Source: Candidatus Omnitrophota bacterium
Lineage (GTDB): Bacteria; Omnitrophota; Omnitrophia; Omnitrophales; JACROU01
Assembly (NCBI GenBank): GCA_029261035.1
Contig: JAJDCD010000004.1
Coordinates: 132,765-196,764 of the forward strand
DNA: 64,000 nucleotides
Reading direction: 5' to 3'
Below, piece after piece: positions 21,313 to 29,185 of the stretch (positions are counted from its first letter, which is position 1; each line of letters begins with the position of its first letter). The notes beneath the pieces were generated by a model that saw nothing but the letters and a program-made list of their open reading frames with translations, was not told where the DNA came from and made no database searches. Both the position numbers and the translations under genes were made by a program.

Positions 21313-21364
21313 CTGGCCCGCCAGACGAAGCTGAGGGCACGAAGAGTGCCTTAGCGTAGTCTGG
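21313..21364 (-). repeat. tRNA-3'-linked hairpin element
   Basis: CCAGACTACGCTAA...GCTTCGTCTGGCGGGCCAG, also present after tRNA-Arg (44339-44389). Confidence 0.75.
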
Positions 21365-21447
21365 TGCAGGGAGGGGGACTTGAACCCCCACGGCCTTGCG
21401 GCCACAAGCACCTCAAGCTTGCGTGTCTGCCATTCCACCACCCCTGC
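21362..21447 (-). tRNA. tRNA-Leu(GAG)
   Basis: Cloverleaf: GCAGGGG acceptor, CAAGC-TTGAGGT-GCTTG anticodon arm, long variable arm, GGTTCAAGTCC, encoded CCA. Confidence 0.96.
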
Positions 21448-21634
21448 ACTTAAGTCAACCTCTTCACTTTGAAGGACTTGCAAGGGATTATATCGGAATA
21501 ACCTATAGTATTCAAACTTCTTGATTTAAAGGGTAATTCTCAATTTCCTCTGGCTCTCATCTCTTAATAACTTTTTTCTCAAAAACCTCTAGAAATTATG
21601 CAGATCTACCCTTAATATATACAACTCTTAAATA

Positions 21635-21708
21635 TGGGGAATGGTGTAATGGTAGCACGAGTGATTCTGGTTCATTTAGTCAAGGTTCGAGTCCTTGTTC
21701 CCCAGCCA
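21635..21708 (+). tRNA. tRNA-Gln(CTG)
   Basis: TGGGGAA acceptor, AGTGA-TTCTGGT-TCATT anticodon arm, GGTTCGAGTCC, encoded CCA. Confidence 0.96.
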
Positions 21709-21822
21709 CACACAACAAGTATGTATGGCCGAGCCCTACTAAATTTTACTGATATGAGCCCTGTACCGACTACGAAGCGCTAGCGAAGTGTTCAGTCTGG
21801 TTCACGGGCCATACTAACAGAT

Positions 21823-24800
21823 TTATGCCGCTTGTGCGATTTGACGGTAAGATTCAATTTGCTCCTGTATCTCAGCTAGCACTCCAAGAACACCCAGACC
21901 TACTATCCAAGAGCTCCCTACCTGATTTAACCCTAATTTTCTTAAGACCCCTTCTCTATCAGAAGCCGCTAGTTGAGAAACTAATAGCAATACGGAAAAT
22001 AAAGGCGCTTTATCTAATTTTCCTCCAATGACGGTTTCATCAAAAGAAACAGATAGCTTATCTTTTTGTAGCACAACTTCTTCTCTTTGACTTTTAGAAT
22101 GAAGTTCTAAAACAGCCTGATTTTGAATCCATAAATCATCATAAGGTAACGGCACGATTCCTTGAGCTTTGGCTAATTCCCAAAGCCTTCTGAGTTGAGG
22201 TGATTTCTGATCAAAGTCCAACATAAAAATAATTTTGTCTTTATTGGATAAATTCTGAATTAAATCTTCCAACTCTTCTTGAGTCTGTTCTTCTAAAAAT
22301 TTTTGCGTTACTAGCAAAACTTTTGGATTATTATAATTTTGAGGTTTTAGATTTAAATATCGAAGCATATCTTCAAATTGAATTTCTTTTTCATCTGCTA
22401 AAACAAAACCTTTTATCTCTTCTGGCCAAACTGCTAAAGCTTCAACATCAAAAATTAAATTAGTTACTTCTACTACCGCAACAACATCCCCTAAACTACT
22501 ACCCAAACTTCTATTTATTCGTTGGCTTTCTCTTGAATTATCCTCAACCATTCTAATGTTTTCTCCTAAAATAACTTCATCTCCAACTGTTATAGAATTT
22601 AAAAACCTCTTCCCCTTTTCAATACCCGGAACAACAGCTCTCAATTTTCCAGTTTTGCGAGAACCGTCATTTAAGGTTACGGTAACGGTAGATAATCTAT
22701 TTATTATTTGTAAGAGTTCTCCAATTTTATTCGGATTTTCAAAATAAGGAACCTCTTCTCCCATACTACTTGCCTGAGTTGATAAATCTTCTGAGAACAC
22801 TCGGGTTCCTAAATTCAGTTTTTCATTAAATACCTGGGATAAGCCTGATGAATCAACAATCGTTCCGGTACGTCCTGGTCTTGCTTGAACAAAACGTACT
22901 ATTTCTTCCACTTTGGGCCCCATACTCCCTTTTGGGAATTGACCTTCTTCTAAATATTTAAGAAGCTGTTTTGGCAAGGGGCGTGACAACACTTCTTCTT
23001 CGGGAGAGCCGAAGTTAATGGTAACTTTAGGAACACCGGTTACAATCAATAAATGAGAGAAATCAAGTTCATGTGCTAATAGCTGTGAACTCCTATCTTT
23101 ATCATTCACCCCCTCAACTTTGGTAATATCTCCTAATTCATTCACAGACACAGGAATTCCTCCCCCACCAACAGCAACAACAACTTTTCCATCATTAACG
23201 GCTTCTCTAATATCTAATAAATCACTCTCTAGAATCGAATAAGGTTTAGGAGAAGGAACAACTCGACGGTATTTTTTAGGATCTTTAGGATCTTGAAGTC
23301 TTTGTTCTTTCAAATCCCAAAAGTTCACTTTCCTCAATCTTTCTGATTGTGTCCTAGTGTAATACTCTCCAACCGGCTTCGTCGGATCAGAAAAAGCAGG
23401 GTCATCCTCCCGCACAATGACATGTGTTTTATTTAAATGAAGTTTTGGCAAGCTGATTTGCAGTTCTGTTGAAAGTTCTTTCCAAGCTCTTTGAATATAT
23501 CCAAAAATATTTTCTTGCGTCTGATCTACGATGTCATATAAAGGCGGTAAACTATCTCTACGCCCGCTTGCAACCTCTGCTTCAAAGTGTTTTAGCAAAT
23601 CTCCAACTTGAGGCCCGTTTCCATGAACCAATAATATTTTATACCCCTGCCGATAAAGATCGACCACACCTCGAAGAGCCTCTTTTACATTTAAATACTG
23701 ACTCTCAGAATCTCTCTTTCCAGCTCTAGGCCCCTCTGTCATAATAAATGCATTTCCACCCAAAGCAATCACAACTCTTTTCGATGCTCCTAAACTATCT
23801 CCAAAAAAACTCTGAATCTCAGTAGCCCTCTTCAATAAAGACTTCCTCTCACCTGTCCCTGGCCCCTTAAAATAGAGCTGTCCTAATTTAAATTTTTTAC
23901 CCCCATTATCAGCAGGATTGTTATAACGAATAACTCCATAAAGAGCTCCCATCTTTAACAGAACTCCAAAAGAAGATGTGCTCAATTTTGATGAGTTTGA
24001 AGCAGGTGCTGCCCAGTCATAAATACCTAATATTTCCCCATCTTTAAATAACTTAATTCCTACAATCTTAATAATATCTAATAACTCTCTTTTAGAAAAA
24101 ACATCAAGCGCTTTAGCTTGAATAGGTTTTACTCCTCCTGATTTTCTGTCTAACAACATGAGGGGAATATCGAACCAAGCTGGTTTTTGCCCTAAAGAAG
24201 ATGCTTTAATTGTTTCAATAGTCCCAAAAGCCAATCTCTGGCGCGCACTCACAACACGTTGTCCCATTAAAGCTACCTGAGCCTCATCAGACTGTGCCCA
24301 TGACGCTTTCATCAATGTTGACTTTCTAAAGCCTCGAACCATTGATTCTTTATATTGAGAAGGTTTAAGCTCTGAAATCCGAGGTTGTATTGAGGAATAA
24401 GAAATCCGCTCCCTTTCAAAGAGTTTAGATAATCCAGATGTGTGAAATCCGCCCGAGACCAAGATGGCTTCCGAATGATTATTCTCTTTCAAATATTCTC
24501 TTATTTTTCTTAAAAAAGTCTCGTCCCTTTTCTCTACTTCTTTGTAAAAAGAAAGAGCTTTGGATATCGCCTCGCCTACACCAAATTCTGAATAAGCTTT
24601 TGTTTGGACTAAGGTTTCATACCGTTTAGGCGTGAGTTCTAAAGCAAGCAAGTCTTGAGTTAAATGAAATTGATGTGTTTTGAGAATTAATTCCGATTGT
24701 TCTAAAGAGAGAGCTATTTTTTCCCAGAGTAGGTTTGCCATTCGATCCACTTCATCAAATAAACCTTCTGAAAAAATCTCAGATTGAAGAATTCGATTCC

Positions 24801-25809
24801 TAGAAAGAGCGCTTAGCTGTGGATAATCCTTAAAAAGAAAACCTCTATCCTTAAATCTTGAATAAAACTGCTCTAGTAAAATTCTTAAAGAAGAAACAGG
24901 AGAACCTCGAGTATCATAATCACTGGAAAATAAAAGTTCCTGCAATTCATGAGCCCAGGGTTGAGCCATCTCCTGTTTCAAAAATAGTTGTGTTATTTGA
25001 TTCCATTCTGTTTTAGCTTGTTCTAAGTCTAATACTTGTTCTTGATTTTGAAGGGCATATAAACGAACTAAATTAGGATACTTCCATTGATGTTTTGCCT
25101 CTTTTAGATTTAACCCCAAGGTCTCTTCAGCCATCAAATATAAAAGATCTACATAAGAAGCCCAAGACTCTGATTCAGGTCTATTCAAAAAATAACGATA
25201 GAGCTTGAGAGATTTTTTACGAAACAACTTTGACGCTTGTTTATCTAGCAATAGTTTTTGTTTTTCCTTCCACTCAACTACTTGACTTTCTATCGCCATA
25301 ACTTCCTGAAACAAATTAAAATTTTTCCTGTATTGCTCGATAGACTCAATACCAATAACTCTAAGGTTTCCATCTTGAAGCAAAGCAAGCTCCGCAGCAT
25401 TAATTTCTCCTAGATCAACAAGGTGCTCCAGCACATTTTCATTCAATAACGGATCTTGATCCAACTGAAGGTAACTAGAGTCTAACGTTTCAACAGCCCC
25501 CTCAAGAAAAACAATCTTCACTCCTCTTTCTTTGGATAATCGTAAAATAAGCTCAGAGACTTTTCTTTGCCCCTGCGCATTACCATGAGCATCTTGAATA
25601 TGGATAATATGAGGGTTTTCAGAAGTAAAGGATTGAGAAAAGAGCTTTTGGCTCTGAATTTTTGCTAAGACAGAAGGAATAGAAACTGCTGAAGTCATAG
25701 GTGCTGAGAGAGTACTTGAAGAAGCGAAACCTAAACTATTTGAAGTTGCAACCAAACTCACAATTAAACTATAAGAAACTAATTTATATAAATATTGCTT
25801 TATGCCCAT
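21823..25809 (-). CDS. Large modular, probably exported protein with an internal carbamate kinase domain
   Basis: Signal-peptide-like N-terminus; IIHIQDAH...VFLEGA...ILVSGGFH N-domain; carbamate kinase motifs ALGGNA, HGNGPQVG, PTKPVG, RRVVPSP, GGGGIPV, DKD, GSMGPKV at ~22797-23781. Confidence 0.8.
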   Translation of the reverse strand: MGIKQYLYKLVSYSLIVSLVATSNSLGFASSSTLSAPMTSAVSIPSVLAKIQSQKLFSQSFTSENPHIIHIQDAHGNAQGQRKVSELILRLSKERGVKIVFLEGAVETLDSSYLQLDQDPLLNENVLEHLVDLGEINAAELALLQDGNLRVIGIESIEQYRKNFNLFQEVMAIESQVVEWKEKQKLLLDKQASKLFRKKSLKLYRYFLNRPESESWASYVDLLYLMAEETLGLNLKEAKHQWKYPNLVRLYALQNQEQVLDLEQAKTEWNQITQLFLKQEMAQPWAHELQELLFSSDYDTRGSPVSSLRILLEQFYSRFKDRGFLFKDYPQLSALSRNRILQSEIFSEGLFDEVDRMANLLWEKIALSLEQSELILKTHQFHLTQDLLALELTPKRYETLVQTKAYSEFGVGEAISKALSFYKEVEKRDETFLRKIREYLKENNHSEAILVSGGFHTSGLSKLFERERISYSSIQPRISELKPSQYKESMVRGFRKSTLMKASWAQSDEAQVALMGQRVVSARQRLAFGTIETIKASSLGQKPAWFDIPLMLLDRKSGGVKPIQAKALDVFSKRELLDIIKIVGIKLFKDGEILGIYDWAAPASNSSKLSTSSFGVLLKMGALYGVIRYNNPADNGGKKFKLGQLYFKGPGTGERKSLLKRATEIQSFFGDSLGASKRVVIALGGNAFIMTEGPRAGKRDSESQYLNVKEALRGVVDLYRQGYKILLVHGNGPQVGDLLKHFEAEVASGRRDSLPPLYDIVDQTQENIFGYIQRAWKELSTELQISLPKLHLNKTHVIVREDDPAFSDPTKPVGEYYTRTQSERLRKVNFWDLKEQRLQDPKDPKKYRRVVPSPKPYSILESDLLDIREAVNDGKVVVAVGGGGIPVSVNELGDITKVEGVNDKDRSSQLLAHELDFSHLLIVTGVPKVTINFGSPEEEVLSRPLPKQLLKYLEEGQFPKGSMGPKVEEIVRFVQARPGRTGTIVDSSGLSQVFNEKLNLGTRVFSEDLSTQASSMGEEVPYFENPNKIGELLQIINRLSTVTVTLNDGSRKTGKLRAVVPGIEKGKRFLNSITVGDEVILGENIRMVEDNSRESQRINRSLGSSLGDVVAVVEVTNLIFDVEALAVWPEEIKGFVLADEKEIQFEDMLRYLNLKPQNYNNPKVLLVTQKFLEEQTQEELEDLIQNLSNKDKIIFMLDFDQKSPQLRRLWELAKAQGIVPLPYDDLWIQNQAVLELHSKSQREEVVLQKDKLSVSFDETVIGGKLDKAPLFSVLLLVSQLAASDREGVLRKLGLNQVGSSWIVGLGVLGVLAEIQEQIESYRQIAQAA

Positions 25810-25957
25810 GCGTAACCACCGTAAATAAATTTGGGTAAAAGTCTAGCATAAGCACTTATGATTACAAGAGGTTATGTAATAAGAATCTATGATTTTTAGA
25901 TTAAAACTATCTAAGTACTTGTGGTATAAGAATATAGATATAAAACAAGATTGCTTG

Positions 25958-25987
25958 GTACCAGACACCTAAAGAGGTGCCTGGCAC
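25958..25987. repeat. Short palindrome of the GGTGCCTGGCAC type
   Basis: GTACCAGACACCT-AAAG-AGGTGCCTGGCAC imperfect hairpin just downstream of the 25994 gene; may act as a terminator. Confidence 0.5.
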
Positions 25988-25993
25988 TACAAA

Positions 25994-26386
25994 CTACGAG
26001 CGAGGAAGATTGGGTATTTCATAAGGCTTAGGAGGTGATTTTGGCTTTTCAGGGATTTTAGTCATCTCACCCGCACCCATAGCATCTAAAGCCGCTCTTT
26101 TTGCTCTAACCGCTTGCTGCATATCTCCAATTTCCATATTCAGTTTAGAAATTTTGTCTTTATTGCGATCTCGATCTCTAGAACTTTGAATGTCAGCTCC
26201 AAATTCACTTTGTTCTCTAGCAATTCGTTGCTGTTTAAACCTCATCTCTTTTTCCAAATCTTCTATTTCATACTTCAATTGCTCTGCTTCTGATTTCGCT
26301 TCAGGCCGTTCACTTCCAGCATATAAAGGGCCCATAACTAAACACAATACGATCAAACTCAAACAACTTTTTATCCATACATTCAT
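25994..26386 (-). CDS. Hypothetical exported coiled-coil protein
   Basis: AGGAGG RBS before ATG 26386; signal peptide ending LYA; coiled-coil body; Pro-rich tail. Confidence 0.7.
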   Translation of the reverse strand: MNVWIKSCLSLIVLCLVMGPLYAGSERPEAKSEAEQLKYEIEDLEKEMRFKQQRIAREQSEFGADIQSSRDRDRNKDKISKLNMEIGDMQQAVRAKRAALDAMGAGEMTKIPEKPKSPPKPYEIPNLPRS

Positions 26387-26396
26387 AACACACCTC

Positions 26397-26933
26397 CTAT
26401 TTTGCTTTAGGTCTTGCACCATCTAAATAATCCTTATTATACTTTTTTACGATCTCCAAAGCTTTTTCAGCATTTTCCCAACCCATAACAGCCGTTTCTT
26501 TCTCTTCCATTTCTTTATACCGGTTGAAAAAATATTCAATTTCATCTAACTGATGCTTGGGTAATTCATCATAGTCGTTAACATTTAAATAGTACGGATC
26601 CGTACAATGCACGGCAATAATTTTTTCATCTAGATCTTTCTCATCCCGCATTGTTAAAACACCAATGGGTCTTGACTCAATTAAACAACCGGTAAAAGTA
26701 GGCTCTCTTGTTAACACAAGAACATCTAAAGGATCATCGTCAGGAGCATAGGTGGATGGAATAAATCCATAAGGTGCCGGATATGTAATCGTTGAATAAA
26801 TAGTTCGGTCCAGTTTAAAAACTTCCCATTTAGGATCATATTCATATTTACTTCGAGAACCTTGCGGTATCTCAATAATTGCATTCACCAAATTTATTTC
26901 TAATTTCCCTGCTGGTAATTCTGTTAAATTCAT
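26397..26933 (-). CDS. ppa: Inorganic pyrophosphatase (family I)
   Basis: IEIPQGSRSKYE, YGFIPST, DDDPLDVLV, DEKII. Confidence 0.95.
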   Translation of the reverse strand: MNLTELPAGKLEINLVNAIIEIPQGSRSKYEYDPKWEVFKLDRTIYSTITYPAPYGFIPSTYAPDDDPLDVLVLTREPTFTGCLIESRPIGVLTMRDEKDLDEKIIAVHCTDPYYLNVNDYDELPKHQLDEIEYFFNRYKEMEEKETAVMGWENAEKALEIVKKYNKDYLDGARPKAK

Positions 26934-26940
26934 CTTACCC

Positions 26941-27639
26941 TCACTTTAAAAATTGTTTAGCATTATTCATTAACAAATTAGTTCCATATACATTCTTATT
27001 CACTACTTTATAGACAACATCTCTCTCTCGAACTTTGGACTTTGTAATAATTCCTATCTCTTCTCCTTTACTCGCCTGCTCCACATCTTTGCGATTAATC
27101 TGCATCGATTTAATCTTTTGCTTAAAATCGCTTGTTACACCTTTAATATGGATTTGATCTCCAATTCTCAAGGTTCCTTTTTCAATCTTAATTATACCCG
27201 CTTTTACGCCAGAAAAGTAATGGGTAATCACTCCAACTTGCTCTCCTAACCCTGAAGAAGCCTTGCCTTTCACTCTACGAAGGGCCTTTTTAACAGGCTT
27301 CTTCATTTTTTTCTTCTTCACCGCTTTTTTCTTTATTTTCTTTTTTAAAGGCTTCTTTTTTAGAACTTTCTTAACTTTCTTCTTAGCGACTTTCTTTTTT
27401 GCCTTTTTTTTCTTAACCGCTTTTTTCTTAACTACTTTCTTTTTTTTGGCTTTTTTCTTAACAACCTTCTTTTTAACTTTTTTCTTCGTCACTTTCTTTT
27501 TAGAAACCTTTTTCTTAACAGGCCTCTTCTTCTTAACGGTTCGCTTTTTTACGACCTTTTTCTTCTTACGTCTTTTAGGCTTCTCATCCTCACCCATCAA
27601 AACCTTAAATGCCCTAACCACTCGCTTAAATATTGGCAT
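26941..27639 (-). CDS. Lys-rich histone-H1-like region fused to a translation-factor-type beta-barrel
   Basis: ~105 aa of K/V/A low complexity, then VGVITHYF...LRIGDQIHIKG..DFKQKIKSMQI...GEEIGI. Confidence 0.75.
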   Translation of the reverse strand: MPIFKRVVRAFKVLMGEDEKPKRRKKKKVVKKRTVKKKRPVKKKVSKKKVTKKKVKKKVVKKKAKKKKVVKKKAVKKKKAKKKVAKKKVKKVLKKKPLKKKIKKKAVKKKKMKKPVKKALRRVKGKASSGLGEQVGVITHYFSGVKAGIIKIEKGTLRIGDQIHIKGVTSDFKQKIKSMQINRKDVEQASKGEEIGIITKSKVRERDVVYKVVNKNVYGTNLLMNNAKQFLK

Positions 27640-27731
27640 AACAAACCATCCCTTTTTTAACGATAAGATGCATATCTATGGAGCTTTTGTTTTCACCCCC
27701 CTACCTGCCCCCACAAGATAATAACTTCAAA

Positions 27732-27815
27732 GCTCAGAGATTGCTCTTCGCCGCGAGTTCACAAAAGTGACAATCACTTTTGTGCTGTCTGAGCGCCGGA
27801 GAGCAATCTCTGAGC
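27732..27815. repeat. Structured element copy 1 (stem-CGCCGCGAGTT-hairpin-GTCTGAGCGCC-stem)
   Basis: 16-bp outer stem GCTCAGAGATTGCTCT/AGAGCAATCTCTGAGC; core shared with 33892 and 37172. Confidence 0.85.
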
Positions 27816-27833
27816 GTAAAACCAACTCCTTAA

Positions 27834-29156
27834 TTATTCCTTAAAAGGAAGCTCCCCTAGATTTTCGATCACAAACCCTATTCTCTTAAGAACTTTCTCT
27901 TTTCCTAACAATTCCATAACCTCAAAAAGCCCCGGACTCACACCCCAACCTGTAATTGCCACTCGTATCGGATGAATCAACGTCGCCGCATTCACCCCTA
28001 ACGTTTCAGCCGTTTTCCGAACACACTCCTCTAAACCTTTTTCTGTAAAGTCGCTCAACGCTTCACATGCAGAAAGAACAGAAGTGAGAATGCGACTAAC
28101 TCCATCTACCTTTAAATATTTTTCAACAGAACTCTTGTCATACACCAAGGAATCACAAAAACAATAATCAGCTTGAATCAACACATCCTTCCACGTCTTA
28201 ATGCGTGTCTGAAAAAGCATAAACACTTTCCTAACATCTTCTTCAGAGCATCTCTCAGGAAAAAGTTTTCTGTTCTTCAAAAAAGACAACCCTTCTTCAG
28301 CACAATCTTCTGGCTTCATCTTTTTTAAATGTTCACTATTAATATAGTTTAACTTTTTTTGATTAAATCCAGCATTCGCTGAATTAACACGTTTTAGAGA
28401 AAATTTCTTAATCAGAGCTTCTTTAGAAAAAAGCTCTTCATTTCCTCCTGGCCCCCAACCCAACAGAGCCAAATAGTTCAACAAAGCTTCTGGAAGATAC
28501 CCTTCCTCTTGATAAGAGACTAAAGATACGTTGCCATGACGTTTGGATAAAGGAGCTCCGTCATCCCCCACAATCAAAGGAAGATGCGCATACTTAGGGA
28601 TCTTCCACCCAAAGGCCTCATACAAAAGAATATGCCTAGGTGTATTCGAAACATGATCTTCTCCTCGAATAACATGAGAAACCTCCATATCATGATCATC
28701 GACAACACATGCAAAATGATATGTTGGAAAACCATCCGACTTTAAAATAACTAAATCATCAAAAAGAGAAGCGTCGAATTCTATTTTCCCTTTAACCACA
28801 TCCCAGAAGACGACTTGTTTATGAGGCATTTTAAATTTTATTGCAGGCGTATCATCAACCTTGTAAGCCACCCCCTCAGCAACAAGCTGCTGAGCTAATT
28901 CTTGATAGCGAGGTAAATGCTCCGTTTGTCGTGAGATGTCCCCATCCCACTCCATACCAATCCACTTCAAACTATTCAAAATCTCATGCGTAAACTCTTC
29001 AGCGGAACGCTCTTGATCCGTATCTTCTATACGAAGAACAAATTGGCCTCCTTGATTTCGGGCGTAGAGATAGTTAAACAAAGCCGTTCGCACACCTCCA
29101 ATATGAAGATGCCCAGTGGGTGATGGGGCAAAACGTACTTTAATGTTATTAGACAT
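27834..29156 (-). CDS. gltX: Glutamate--tRNA ligase
   Basis: RFAPSPTGHLHIG, LRIEDTD, HVIRGEDH, LSKRH. Confidence 0.96.
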   Translation of the reverse strand: MSNNIKVRFAPSPTGHLHIGGVRTALFNYLYARNQGGQFVLRIEDTDQERSAEEFTHEILNSLKWIGMEWDGDISRQTEHLPRYQELAQQLVAEGVAYKVDDTPAIKFKMPHKQVVFWDVVKGKIEFDASLFDDLVILKSDGFPTYHFACVVDDHDMEVSHVIRGEDHVSNTPRHILLYEAFGWKIPKYAHLPLIVGDDGAPLSKRHGNVSLVSYQEEGYLPEALLNYLALLGWGPGGNEELFSKEALIKKFSLKRVNSANAGFNQKKLNYINSEHLKKMKPEDCAEEGLSFLKNRKLFPERCSEEDVRKVFMLFQTRIKTWKDVLIQADYCFCDSLVYDKSSVEKYLKVDGVSRILTSVLSACEALSDFTEKGLEECVRKTAETLGVNAATLIHPIRVAITGWGVSPGLFEVMELLGKEKVLKRIGFVIENLGELPFKE

Positions 29157-29185
29157 AATTAAACCTATGATTGAATAATGTTAGG

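Noticed and set aside
27263-27721. Phe-rich 152-aa plus-strand ORF
   Set aside because: Antisense shadow of the Lys-rich (AAA/AAG) tract.
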